From Mobula hypostoma (lineage: Eukaryota), in the NCBI RefSeq assembly GCF_963921235.1, contig NC_086097.1, positions 175,214,001 to 175,278,000 on the forward strand: 64,000 nucleotides of DNA, written 5' to 3'. Numbering within the stretch: the stretch's first letter is position 1; each line of letters starts with the position of its first letter. The notes under the pieces were generated by a model. It was not told where the DNA came from and made no database searches. It saw only the letters and a list, made by a program, of their open reading frames with translations. Of this stretch, positions 25,239 through 38,907 are shown one piece after another. Position numbers and translations under genes: made by a program.

Positions 25239-27059
25239 CTAGGAAAAATGATAGGCAAGAAATCAAATTGATTTTAACAATTGCTAATCGCGACACAGAA
25301 GACACCAGATGCGAGAATTTGGAGAAAAATAAAATGTTGGAGTTCAGCGAGTCAGGCAGCATTATCTATGGAGGGAACTGGACCGCTGCCATTTCAGGTA
25401 GAGGACCTTCATCTAGAATGGCCACTGTCCATTCCCCTCCACAGATGCTGCCTCACTCTGAGTTCCTCCAGCAGATTTTTTTTGAACAATTGTTTAAGTT
25501 AGCTTTAACCATGGAGAATATGCAAAATTTAAGGCGTACGATGCTTTAAAGGATAGGCAAATTGGTGTTTTAGAAGCTAAAATGTTATTTATACACAGCA
25601 ATTACTTTGAAGTCCAATGTGTGACATTAAATATTCAAATATTAATATAAAATATTGAACTTAAATTTAACAAAGGAGACAGTTTGTGGGTTAACCATCA
25701 GAGAAACTTATGGACCAGTGAAGCCACTACTATTTCCACTGATCCTTTCCATCTCTTTCTTACTGAACTTTAAAAAGGAGAAACTGACCATTATAAGGAG
25801 TAGATTTAGACAATCTAATGATACAAAATAGTATGCTTAGAAAATCAGGCAAGCTAAAGAATCAACATCTTACGTCAACCCCACTGCAGATGGGCAGACG
25901 AAATTGGAAAGTGAGCATCTCTTCATAAAGACCAAGTACAAATCTTTTGTTTTCTTATTAACATAAAAGATAACATGTTTAAAACAGGAAAAAGGAAAAA
26001 GACAATCTGAAGTGAAAGAAGAAACAGACAATTTAGAATGCTTTAAAAATTCTACTGGTACTCAGCTGCCACCAGGTTCAGCATTAGTACTGGCAGAGAT
26101 CAGAACAAATGCCCAAAATAAATACCAGAAGGAATTCTACTACCGGTAAACAATTCTTAACCAACTGGGGAAAACAGTAATTATAATCGCAATGTACCAT
26201 TATGGCTTAATAGAACCACGCAAGGAGGGACTGTCACTTAGCTCTTGATATGCCCCAAACAGCAGCCTACAGATACAACTTAGCCTCAAAATTATTTGCA
26301 GTTCAAAGGCACTGCTGCAAAGGTAATTGGGTTTTAATTCACATCAGAAGGTTGGGCATTTATATCCCTTCATGTCAAAAATGTTATGAAATATCCAGCA
26401 GTAGAGTTAACTGAAGATTGGTTAACAGCCTTGGTATTAGTGGCAATCGGAGGCTGAAGGATGACCTTAAGAGATTTACAAAACTGAGAGGCATAGATTA
26501 GATAGTCAGTCTCTTTCTTAGCTAATAGAATTTAAAACTAGAACACACAGGTTCAAGAGCAAGGGGAAATATCTAAAGGGGCTCTTAACAGCACTGTTTA
26601 CCACACAGAGAGTGGTGGGTATACAGAATAAGCTGCCAAAGATGCTGCAAGAGGTAGGTTCAATTGCAATGTTTAAAATACATTGGAGAGGAAAGGTTTA
26701 AATATGGGTCCAATGCAGACAGGTGGGACTAGCACAGATTTTCATCTTGATGGGCACAGATAAATTGGGCCAAAGGGCTTGTTTCCATGCGTCGTAACAC
26801 TGTAGTCTATGAATTTTTATATACAAAACATTTTCTTTCAAGAATCTTTATTAAATTATCCCTTCAATCTACAAAGCATACAGACTACGTTCCCACTCAA
26901 TACCTGATCTATTAAAAAATGCTGAACTTCAAGATGCTCTGCAGCAAAAGCAAGATCAAAGCTACTACTAAGAAGTTTTGCTCAAAACGCAAAGAATTCA
27001 ACCAACATTTGCCTCCTCTCTGCAGGTGTCAAATCACAAGGGTGACAAGCTCATCAAAC

Positions 27060-29222
27060 ACAAGAAAATCTGTAGATGCTGGAAATACAAAGCAACACAC
27101 AAAATATTCGAGGAATTCAGCAGGCCAGGCAGGACCTATGGAAAAGTAAACAGTTGACATATTGGCCGAGACCCTTCATCAGGATTGGAAAGGCAGGGGA
27201 GAAGTCAGAAAAAGGTGGTGGGGAGAGCAGAGGAAGTAGTAAAAGGTGGCAGGTGATAGATGAATATGGCAGAGGGGAGGGGTGAAGTAAAGAGCTGGGA
27301 AGTTGATTAGTGAAAGAGAAAGGGCTGGAGAAGGGGAAATCTGTTAGAAGAGGGTAGAAGACCATGGAAAAAAGGGAAAGGGGAGGAGCACCAGAGGGAG
27401 ATGATGGGCAGGTAAGAAGACAAGAAAGATAAGGAGATAAGATGAGAGAGGAAACCAGGAATGAGGAATGGTGGGGGGGGGGGTGGGTTAATTACTGGAA
27501 GTTCAAGACATCAATGTTCATGCATCAGGTTGGAGGCATGAAACAATTTCATCTCATTTTCATGATGGATGTCCAGTCCCTTTACACTTCCATCCACCAT
27601 CAGGAGGGCCTTAAAGCTCTACGCTTCTTTCTGGACAAAAGACCCAACCTGCTCCCCTCCATCGCTTTCTTCTGTCTGGCGGAACTGGTTCTCACAATCA
27701 ACAAATTCTCCTTCGGCTCCACCTACTTCCTTCAAACCAAAGGTGCAGCCATGGGCACTCACATGGGTCACAGCTATGCCTGCCTTTTCATCGGTTATGT
27801 GGAACAGTCCATGTTCCAAGCCTATTCTGGCATCGCTCCTCTACTCTTCCTACACTACATTGACCACTGCATCGCTGCTGCTTCCAGCATCCATGCTGAG
27901 CCTGTCAATTTCATCAACTTTGCCTCCAACTTCCACCCTGCCCTCAAATTTACCTGGTCCAATTCCAACACCTCTTTCCCCCTTCTCAATCTCTGTCCCC
28001 ACATCTGGAGACAGTTTTTGATATCTTTTATAAACCCACTGACTCTTACAAATACCTGGACCATACCTTTTCCCACCCTGTCACTTGTAAAAATACCATT
28101 CCATTCTCTCAGTTCCTCTGTCTCCAATGCATCTGCTCTCAGGATGAAGCTTTTTGTTCCAGAACAACTGAGATGTCCTCCTTCAAAGAAAGGGGCTTCC
28201 CTTCCTCCTCCATCAACGCTGTCCTCAACCACACCGCCTACATTTTACGTGCATCTACCCTCACCCCATACTCCTGCCGCCGCAACAGTGCTAGGGTTCG
28301 TTGTGTCCCCACCTACCACCCCTCTAGTCTCCACGTCCAGCATACAATTTTCCGTAACTTCCGCCATCTCCAATAGGATCCCACCACCATACACATCTTT
28401 CCCTCCCCCTAGTTTCCACTCCCTTCTCCACTCGTCCCTCCCCACTGATCTCCCTCCTGCTACTTCTCCTTGCAAGCAGAACAAGGGCCATACCTGCCCC
28501 TACACCTCCTCCCTCACTACCATTCAGGGCTCCAAACAGACCTTCCCGATGACACATCACCTGCAAGTCTGTTGGGGTCATCCTGGTGTGGCCTCCTGTA
28601 TAATGGTGAAACATGACGTAGATTGGGAGACCATTTCGTCGAGCACTTTCACTCCATCCGTCACTAAAAGTGGGATTTCCCGGTGGCCACCCATTTCAAT
28701 TCTACTTCCCATTCCCTTTCTGACATGTCAGTCCATGACCTCCTTTACTGCCAGGACAAGGCCACACTCAAGATGGAGGAACAACAGCTTATATTCTGTC
28801 TGGGTAGCCTCTAACCTGATGCATTGCTTCCAGTAATTGCTGACCCCCTCTTGTCCTTCACCATTCCCTGTTCCTGTATTCTCCTCTCACCTTATCTCCT
28901 TACCTACTCATCACCTCCCTCTGGTGATCCTCCCCCTCTATTTTCTTCCATGGTCTTCTGTCCTCTCCTATCAGATTCCCCCTTCTTCAGCCCTTTATCT
29001 CTTTCACTAATCAATTTCCCAACTCTTTATTTCATCCCTCTTTCCTCCCAGTTTCACCTATCACCTGCCACCTTGTACTACTTCCTCCCCTCTCCCCATT
29101 TTACTCTGACTTCTCCCCTTCCTTTCCAGTCCTGATGAAGGGTCTTGGCCTGAAATGTCAACTGTTTACTTTTCCAAAGATGTTGCCTGGCCTGCTGCGT
29201 TCCTTCAGCATTTTGTGTGTGT
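27060..29222 (+). mobile_element. Penelope-like element with an inverted 5' terminal repeat (27060-27537, -) and an RT/GIY-YIG body (+)
   Basis: RT motifs MDVQSLYTSI, GAAMGTHMGHSYACLF and YIDH (from YIDD). The two ends are mutually inverted terminal repeats. Confidence 0.92.
29127..29164 (+). ncRNA. Minimal hammerhead ribozyme motif in a Penelope terminus (slightly degenerate)
   Basis: CAGUC-CUGAUGA-AGG(GUCUUGG)CCU-GAAA-U-GUC|AACUG. Confidence 0.6.
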
Positions 29223-29765
29223 GTCATGCTCTTCAAAACTTATCACAACAGTCATTTGCTCACAAAGAGTGAAATGTCAAACTATACACCATCCAATCTT
29301 TAGGTGGGTCCAACAATCATGGGGAGTGTGATTAAGAGCAAAGAAAGTGCAGCCAACTTACCATTCACAAGCAACCAATCAATACAATTTCTGTATAGCA
29401 GACAAAATTCCTCAACAATGTTTAATCACCCTAAATCAGAAGCAACTGAGTGACAGCTTTACTCAGTATTGAAGTGCCCTTTGTAGTCTGAACCAAGATC
29501 TTAAATACAAATTCCCTTGATGAAACCTACTTCCAATTTAATTTTCTTCTAGTTCAAGTTATATAACAATTCTAATAGTGCAAAAGCTTTTAATGACATA
29601 CTTCACTTTACATATTCTGCCAAACTGGATTAATATCTATGATAATTTATGATCAGCTTGCAGCTACAGTAGGCAATAATTTAAATACTCTTTCTGGCTT
29701 TTGAGTCATTAAGCACAATTTTAGCACATTTAGTACACCTAATTAATAATAAAAACACAACATAC

Positions 29766-29864
29766 TTATCCCAGACCAGGCATCGTCAATGGAACTGGGA
29801 GTTGGGTTAGCATCCCACTGATGGTCAGTAGTGCTTGGCTGGGGAGATGGTTCACTGGTGTTAC
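29766..29864 (-). CDS. MTDH: Metadherin coding exon (99 nt, phase 1-1): (S)NTSEPSPQPSTTDHQWDANPTPSSIDDAWSGI(N)
   Basis: cttctaacag|GT acceptor and ATAA|gtatgt donor. Matches human GSTAEPVSQSTTSDYQWD...IDDEWSGLN. Confidence 0.93.
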   Translation of the reverse strand, partial: VTPVNHLPSQALLTISGMLTQLPVPLTMPGLG

Positions 29865-31099
29865 CTGTTAGAAGGGAGAATGAGAGAAATTTACAGAATC
29901 ATAGTGTCTTAAAATAACAGGTTTCAAACACAGCTCCAAGATTTTGCTCAACTGATGGATTACTCAAGAAAAAGTATTGAAGTTCAGTTAATATACTTAC
30001 TCAATATGACACTCAATGTCAAATTAAGGGACAAATTAAGAAAAAGTGCAGCGTTTGATGAATGACCAAATTAATTTATTAACAAAAAACGGTCAAATGT
30101 TGCAGGACATTGTGTAGAAATAACTGGCTCAATACCAATCCTAAATACGTGCTGAATTTTACTGAGGACTTCCAGTACAGCAAAATTTTGCTTTTGCTTT
30201 CTGGTGAAAGTAGTTACTGTACTTCTCCCAACAGAAATGACCTGTTGAGTGTTTCTAGCATTGTCGGGTGAAATTAAATGCAAGGGAATGCTTTGAATAT
30301 TTTAGCAAAGAGTAGTTATTAATTCATTGATCAATCAGTCTCATTCACGCCAGGATGCTGCCTGGATTAAAGAGCACGTCTTCTGTGAGAAAAGTTGAAT
30401 GAGCTTGGGCTTTTCTCTGGAGAAAAAGAGTATGAAAGGAGACTTAGAGGTGTCAAAGATAAGAGGCAAAGGGTCAGCTTTTCCCCCAGGATAACAATGG
30501 CTAATATCAGAAGACATAGTTTTAAGGTGATGTGGGAGGTAAGTATGGGGGGGAAGGGGGCCGGAGAATGTCAGAAGTAGTTTTTTTAAAAAAAATAAAG
30601 CACGGAGTGCAAAGTGCATGGAACACACTGCTGGGAATAGTGGTAGAGGCAGATATACTAGGGACATTAAAGAAAGGCACATTGATGAAAGAAAATGGAG
30701 GAGTAGGTTAATAGGTTGGCTCAACATTGTGGACCAAAGGGCCTGTGATGTGCTGCTCTGTTTAATGTTCGATGTAATTGCCACTTTTATTTTAAACAAA
30801 TAATATCTTTAGGTCCAAAATGAGGTCAATGACCTTAGGAGCTTAGTCACAATCTTCAAGTGCCTTTGAAGTTAATTTAGAAATAATACTCATACTATTT
30901 TACAAAATAGTTTCCATGTTTGATTTAGCCAAACTTACCATCGTGGGATGACTGAGAATGATTTAGACTATTTATTTTCAAATAAGAATCCGAGTTAGAC
31001 AAACAGTTTAGTTACAACCAAAGCAGTTTTAAAACCATGCCACAGTGACAGCAATTTGCAATTCTACCTCTACTGCAGACACAATAGAGCATTCAGACT

Positions 31100-32935
31100 T
31101 CTCTGTCATAGAACTCTATAGCACAGAAACAGGCTCGTTTGCCTGACTCATTCATGCTGTTGAACTTGCCTTCCTGAACTCCTTCGGCCCTATCCCGCTA
31201 ATACTTTACTATCCAGATATTTGTCTAAAAGTAGTTCAAATGTTGTAATTGTACCTACCTTTACCACCTCGCATCCACATATACCCAGCCACCCTCTGTT
31301 GTGGAGAAATATTCTGGATAAACCACCTCACTGCCCTCTTCAAATCTTTGGTTTCACCTTAAATCTATGCCCTTTAGTTTCAGACTTTTCTAGCCATGGT
31401 TAAAAAGACCATGGTCATCCACCTGATCTATGCATCTCATTATTTTATAAACCTCTATAAAAAGTTGCCACTCAGCTCTCTCATCAGGGAAGACAGTCCC
31501 AGTCTATCTGGTCTCTCCTCAATACGCAAGTCCTCCAGTCTTGGCAATGTCTCTGTGAATATTTTTTAATACAAGAGTTTATTTTTTTTTAAAACAAGAT
31601 GCCCTATGCCAATTTTGGCAGATTGTTGCAATTTCAATTGAGACTTTGTGTACACTATACTTCACCAGAAAGGTGAATGAGGCAATTAAGGTATATAACA
31701 TAAGAACAGATGGAGAGGGTGCAGGGGAGTTTGATGGAGATGTCACTTGCATGGGAGCAATTCAGTTATAAGGAAAGAATGGATAAGACCATAAGATATA
31801 GGAGAATTAGGCCATTTGGACCATCAAGTCTGCTTTGCCATTTCATCATAGCTGATCCAATTTCCTCTCAGTGCCAATCTCTCACTTTCTCCCCATATCC
31901 TTTCATGCCCCATCAAGAACCTATGAACCCTTGCCTTAAATATACCCAATGACTTGGCTTCCACAGCCACCCATGGCAACCAATTCCAGTTTCACCACTC
32001 TGGCTAAAGAAATTCCTCTTCATCTCCATTCTAAATGGTCATCCCTCTACTCTCAGGCTTAGAATAGGAAACCAGAGGAAACATCCTCTCCAAATCTACT
32101 CCATCGAGGCCTTTCAACATTTGATGAGATCGCCCCTCATTCTTCTGAGTTCCAGTGTGTGACAGCCCAGAGTCATCAAACACTCCTCATATGATAAGCC
32201 TTTCAATCCCAGAATTATTTTCGTGAAGCTCCTTTGAACCCTCTCCAATATAAGCATATCTTTCTTAGATAAGGGGCCCAAAGCTGCTCACAATACTCCA
32301 AATGAGATCTCACCAGTGCTTTATAAAGCCTTAACATTATATCCTTGCTTTTATGTTCTAATCCTCTCAAAACAAATGCTACAAATTCACCCTTAGGGAA
32401 TCCTGCACAATGACTCCCAAGTCCCATTGCACCTCAGATTTCTGAATTTTCCTTCTCCATTTAGAAAATAGTCTACTCTTTTATTTCTTCTTCCAAAGTG
32501 CATGACCATACACTTCCTGACACTGTATTCCATCTGCCATTTCTGGTTTTAATTTCCCTGACACAAGGGAAGCAGATGGGTGCTCTGATAGAGGTCCACA
32601 AATTATGAGGGGAATAGATAGTTTAAAAAAAAACTTTGTTCCGTGGGAGTGTGTGTCTAGGAAAAGAGGGCTAAGGCTTAAGATGAGTGGTGAGAGGCTT
32701 ACAGGGGATTCAAATATGAATATTTCTCCACAACAGAGGGTGGCTGGAGTTTAGAATATATTGCCTGTAGAGGTGGTGGAAGCAAACACAATGAGTATTA
32801 AAAAAACATCTAGACAAGTACTTGCATTGTTGGTCACAAAAGACTATAGACCTCATGTGGTTATATGGGATTAGTACACATAGGCACAATGTAAATAGGA
32901 ATGTTGTGTTGAAGAGCCTGTTCTATGCTGTACCG
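31100..32935. mobile_element. Cluster of CR1 LINE fragments in both orientations
   Basis: MLRLYKALVRSHLEYCEQLWAPYLRK (- strand). A (taagacca)-type tail at ~31780 lies inside a + strand CR1. Confidence 0.75.
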
Positions 32936-34263
32936 TTCCGAGACTTTAGATCTTAACTTGCTCCTTTCTTCGCAAATGACACCATTCATTGCAAGGAGGG
33001 AAAGCTTTTTTTTACATCCAAGCACAGAATCACTCAGCTTCATTCTAAATAGCTTTCCTGGGCATTTCTGCAAGTAAATTTTAGTAGGGAGCCAACAAAG
33101 GCCCCTGATAGAGTAGCAGTTAGCATTACACTACAATGGCACCAGCAAACCAGATTCAATTCCACCGCTGTAAGGAGTTTATATATTCTCCCTGTGATTA
33201 CATGGATTTTATCCCATTTTCCAAAGACAGAATCAGATTTATTAGCATGTGACGTGAAATTTGTTAACTTAGCAGCAGCAGTACAATGAAATACATAATA
33301 AAGGAGAAAAAAAAACACAAAATAATAATAATGAAAAATAAATAAATCAATTACAGTATAACATTGAATAGGTCAAAAATTGTGCAAAAAACAAACTATA
33401 TATTAAAAAATTGAGGTAGCGTTCAAGGGTTCAATGTCCATTTAGGAATCGGATAGCACAGGGGAAGAAGCGGTTCTTGAATCACTGAGTGTGTGTACAT
33501 ACGGGTTATTAGGTTAATTGGTTAAATGGGTGTAATTGTGCAATGCAGGCTTGTTGTGTTGAGTTGGTAGGCTCAGTTACTGTGCTGCATCTTGAAAAAT
33601 AAAACAGGCATCATCCAATTTCAGATTCAAGAACTTCCAGGCAGGGTCAAGCAAGGCCAAATAAACCAATCCAGCTGCAAGCTGAAATTTCAATTCAGAA
33701 ACAGTTCTTTAACATGCCAGTGTAGAACAAACCAGGCCCAATGACTCTTCCTTCCTACTTCTTCTTCCTACCCGGTCACTTGGGAAAAAAAAAGCCATTC
33801 TGTTTCTCAGTTCCTCTGTCTCCGCCACATCTGTTCTCAGGATGAGGCTTTCCTTTCCAGAACATCTGAGAAGGGGTTTCCCTTCCTCTACTATTGATAG
33901 TCTCCTTACCTGCATCTCCTCCATTTCCCAAACTTCTGCCCTCACCCCATCTTCCTGTTGCCATAATACGAAGAGTTCTTCTTGTCCTTATCTACCACTC
34001 CACAAGCCAATGCATCCAACATATTACACCATGCATCTTCTGTAATCTTCAACAGCATCTTACCATGAAACACATCTTTACCTCCTCCCCCACTCTCTGC
34101 AGGGATTTCTCTCTCTCTGTACTTCCCTCCCCACTGATTTCCCTCCTGGCACCTATCACGGCATGCAGCCCAAGTAATACACCTGCCCCTGAACCTCTTC
34201 CCTCACCACCAGTCAGGGTCCCAAATAATTCTTCCAGGTGAGACAATTCTTCACATGTGATTC

Positions 34264-37200
34264 TGTAGATTTTCACAAATAAAACAAAGTGAGGTGCTTT
34301 ATGTTTAATGAAACCCATAACACATTTTATTGAACTCCAAAACCTAATAACAAAAGCACGCTAAAAATCTTTACGTAATCATGTCATCACTCAGACAAGC
34401 CTCTTAAAGTGAAACCCCAACTCAATGTTGGTGGCTGTGAAATATGTGCATTTCTCCCAATTATGCTACCCAGCACATCATCCCCCCAGAATTCACTAAA
34501 ACTGGCATTATGAGCCTGTCTGGGGCTCGGATGAGCTGCCCAACTTGCGTACTATGTTCCATGGGTGCAGGAACCGTAGATGCCTCTGGCTTATCCAGAG
34601 GTGCATTGACATGCTCATAGTCATGCTATGACGCCAAGGGTTATGAAATCCTCCAAATCTTGGTGGGCCGGTTTAAGACGATCTACTGAAATACATTCAG
34701 ATTTACGCCTTTTAACTGTGAAAAAAGTCTTTTCTCCCCATTCCAAGATACGGAGCAGGTCATTGGGGACGTTGATGTGTGTAATGGTGAATGAAAACAA
34801 AGTGGAATGTAGATCAACAGAAACCCAAGAGTGCTGCACGCCATGATGGGAGGTTGAAATAGATGAAAAGAAACTGAATTTACTCTGGAGGGTGGAACAC
34901 TGTTGAGAGGCTGACCAGGCAGTCGGAATGAAATCACCTGTTACTCGTAATGGCCACGGACAACTGCAGATCCTCTTTCTGAACAGTTCTGTGCCCCAGC
35001 AGGCACCACAGGAGACGATTGTGCCAACACTCATTGGTCAGGGAAGTCCTCTGAGCAGCCTTTAAGGAACATCGAAGCTGCTTGCATATGCCATTGGATT
35101 GCAGGTGATACGCCATGGCACGATGCAGCCTAATGCTCAGGTTCCAAGACCATGGCAGCCCAGAGGTCTGAAATGAATTGGAGACCGTGGTCAGAGGAAA
35201 TATCAGAAGGGGTGCCAAACCGTACGACCCAGCTGCTGATGAACACCTGTACCATGTCTGTGGCCATCGGCGATGTTAGAAGAATGGCCTCTGGCCACCT
35301 GGTGGTATTGGCCACCATGGTAAGAAGGAGCATGAAACCGCTGGAGGGTGGGGGGGGGGAGGCGGGGAGAGAGGGCCAACAAGGTCCACATTGACATGGT
35401 CAAACAGTCGCTCAGGAATTTCAAAAGGTGCCAATAGCACCTGAACGTGGTGGTTAATTTTTGCCCTCTAGCAATCCAGACAAGCTGCAGTACAATCACG
35501 CACATCCATTCTCAGGCCGTGCCACAGAAACTTTAGTGCAAGCAGTCTCTGTGAGACCTTCTGGCCCGGACACAAGAGGCCACGTATGGAGTCGAAAACA
35601 GTCTGTCTCCAGTTTGCGCAGGCATGATGGGGTAAGGGCAACACATTGAGACATCGCACAGGAAAGGAAGCCTAGTTTCTCCGAACTTAACGTCAGCCAA
35701 CCGCAGGCCCATGACTGCTGTTCAGTAAGCCTGCACCTCTGGGTCAATAACTTGGCTGGCTGCTGTACCAACATAGTCAACCCCTATGTGTACTGTGTCG
35801 ACAGCTGGCTGTGACAGGCAATCAGCCACAGCATTATTTTTCCCCTTAATATGTTGTATATCAGTTGTGAACTTGGATATGTAGGCCAGGTGGTGTTGCT
35901 GTGCAAACCAAGGGTATTTTGTCCATCACGTGCACAAGTGGGTTGTGGCCAACAAACACTGTGAAATAGTGACCCTAGACAACAAAAATAATGGACAGCC
36001 AGATAGAGACTAAGAAGCTCACAGTCAAACCTGCTGCGCTTCCTTACAGGGAGATGGAGCTGCTGGCTGAAGGCAACGAGCAGCTGCCACACGCCTCCAA
36101 CCAGCTGTTCATGTACAACACCAACAGCATTGTCTAAGGTGTCAGCAATATGGCTATGGGTGCATTGGGGAGATGGTGTACTGGTAGTATCGTGTTGGAA
36201 AGAGCTTGTTTGGTATCATCAAATGCCCTGGTCATGTTTGCTGACCAGTCAAGCACTTAATTACGAGTAATACACATAAAAGTTGTGCTGAATTACGAGT
36301 ATTGCCTTTAAGTGCCACTATACAGGGGGAGCACAAGTTTAACAGCTTTTAGAATGAAGTGGTGATAGAAATTCATCATACCCATAAACTTTGGTAGGTT
36401 TTTTGTAGTGCGGGATGACGGGAAATCTACAACAGTGGCTACTTTTGATGAGAGGGATTTTGCATCTTCTGCAGAAATGCAATGGCTGAGAAAGTCAATG
36501 GTTGACAACCCAAACTGGCATTTAGCAGGGTTGATAATCCGACCTGTGTTGGCTTAGGTGCTGGATTCAGATTGAGGCATTGGCAACAGTATGTCATCCA
36601 GGTAAACAAAGAAAATTTAAGTCTTTTAATATGGAGTTCATCAGCCATTGGAAAGCCTGTGCTGCATTTTTTCAGTCCAAAAAGGCCAAACAGAGTTATC
36701 ACAGGTGTTTTGGGAATGTCCTCTGAGCACACCAGCACCTGATCGTAGCCCCTAACTAGATCAACTTTGGAAAGAGAAACTTGGTGATGTTTGGGAATTT
36801 GCCCAGCAGTCGAGAAAGCTCACATGCGGTGGTGCACGCGCTTGACAAGAGTCATTGCGGGGAGCTTTCTGGAGGAGCAGGGCAACGACCCAAAGTCCTT
36901 GACATCTACAAGCTGGCAGTTCTTAAGTTCGACTATCAGTCTTCAGCACATAAGGAATCTGCACTGAGCCAGGATGAAGTCCCATGTGTAACGTCACCCA
37001 CTGAAGCAGTACATCACCCACTGTGTCCTGCAAGTCTGGATCCTGGTGCCGTTGGCAGCTTCCAGCAGGGTTTTGTCACTCTTTGCCTTCTGACCAATAG
37101 GCAATGCTGGCTGCACACTCATTTGAGCACCTGTGTCACACAGGAAGCGTCACTCTGAAAGGGTGCCCATAATGAACAGTAGATGTCCCTGGCAGCTGGA

Positions 37201-38907
37201 ATCCATAGTGTTCACAGACCTCCAATTTCCATGTGCTGGCACTGTTGAAGCTGCAAGGCGGTTGGCAATTCCAAGCATTCATAACCAAGCAAGCATTATA
37301 AGAACATAGGCCTGACATGTGTTTCACAGCTGCAGGCATCCTTGTGTTAGGGATCTTGCTGACTGGCTTATTGAGTAGAGAAAGGTATAGAAATGATGCA
37401 TCACTGCTTGGTTGAGTGTAGACCATCAGCCATTTTAGCAAGCTCCCTACAGTCATTTGGAAGGGCTATGCAAACTTGATTAGGCATTTGCTGCATGAAG
37501 AGTTCTTTAAAAATAAAACAAGGATGGTGATTTCCCAGGAGACAGAGCATGTGGTCCATTAACTCTGAAGGCCTAGCACTGCTAGGACTGGGAAATGAGA
37601 GCAACTGTTTGGCATGCTGAGATAGTCCAAAAGTCTGTAAGACGTGAGTTTTCAGTGAACGGTATTTATCATGTTCAGCCAGTTGTTCAAGCAGACTCAC
37701 CACTCTCATAGCCATGGAGTTTCCTAGCAACGCTACCACATTGTAGAAATTGGTGTCCTCAGCAGAGATTTCTCTCAGAATGAACTGGGCCTCAGCTTGT
37801 ACAAACCAAGGCATTTTGCTTCCAAAACTCCAGCAGTTTCAAAGCGACCGCGTTGGCTGACACAGAAACATAGAAAACTTACAGCACAATACAGGCCCTT
37901 TGGCTCACAATGCTGTGTTGAACATGTATTTACCTTAGAAATTACCTAGGGTACACCTAACTATAGGAAGGATATCAGTAAGATTGAAAGAGTGCAGAGA
38001 AGATTTACTAGGATGTTGCTGGGTCTTCAGGAGTTGAGTTACAGGGAAAGATTGAACAGCTTAGGATTTTATTCTTTGGAGTGTAGAAGAATGAGGGGGG
38101 ATTTGATAGAGGTTTACAAAATTGAGGGGTGTAGACAGTAAATGTGAGTAGGCTCTTTCCACTTCGATTAGGAGAGGTAATTACAAGAGGACATGGCTTT
38201 AGGGTGAAAGAGGAAAGGTTTAGGGGGAACATTGGGGGAACTTCTTCACTCAAGAGTGGTAGGAGTGTGGAACGAGCTGCCATCTGACGTGGTAAATGCG
38301 GGCTCACTCTTAAGTTTTAAGAATACATTGGATAGATACATGGATGGGAGAGGTCTGGAGGTTATAGACTGGGTGCAGGTCAATGGGACTAGCGGAATAA
38401 AGTTTCGGCACAGACTGGAAGGGCTGAATGGCCTGTTTTCTGTGCTGTAGTGTTCTATGTTCTATGGTTCTAATCATAGCCCTCTATTTTTCTAAGCTCC
38501 ATGTACCTATCCAGCAGTCTCTTAAAAGCCCCCATCATATCTGCCTCCACCACTGTTGCCGGCAGCCCATTCCACGTACTCACCACTCTGCATAAAAAAC
38601 TTACCCCTTACATCTCCTCTGTACCTACTTTCAAGCACCTTAAAACTGTGCCCTCATGTTCAATAACTCTGGAATCGCACTAAAGCATCATCAGTGTCAC
38701 CGATGTAGGTTTTCGCAAATAAATTGCAGAGAGGCTTTTTATGTTTAATGAAACCTGTAACATATTTTAGTGAACCACAAAACCCAAAAACAAAAGCGCG
38801 CTAAAAATCTTTACATAACCACATCACATCAGACCAGCCCACTGAACCCCAATTCAATGTCAGTGGTTGTGAATTACGTAGAATACTCCCAATTATGTTA
38901 CCCTACA
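34264..38907 (-). mobile_element. Decayed Ty3/Gypsy LTR retrotransposon with both LTRs (34264-34477 and 38704-38907)
   Basis: Related TG...CA LTRs. PBS-like TCGGTGACACTGA (resembles the tRNA-Trp PBS TGGTGACCCCGA) and PPT GGGGGGATGA. Domains in Gypsy order: gag WFVQAEAQF, protease FLCDTGA (~37130), RT VYLDDI (~36600), RNase H FDCELLSLYLAV, integrase ISSDHGLQF and YHLQSNG. Confidence 0.93.
37863..38655 (-). mobile_element. CR1 3' fragment inserted at the Gypsy gag start codon, itself containing a + strand CR1 (~37953-38472)
   Basis: Flanks ggctgaca| and |catgttcaa rejoin into the gag start ATGTCAGCC. The inner CR1 ends in (ttctatg)n. Confidence 0.82.

Noticed and set aside
27442..28836. Longest ORF (464 aa) as a functional gene or active reverse transcriptase
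   Set aside because: It is a chance read-through. It starts in the inverted terminal repeat, has YIDH instead of catalytic YIDD, and drifts out of the Penelope frame.
36781..37158. 125-aa plus-strand ORF as a captured gene in the Gypsy element
   Set aside because: It is the antisense of the decayed protease region (FLCDTGA on the - strand).
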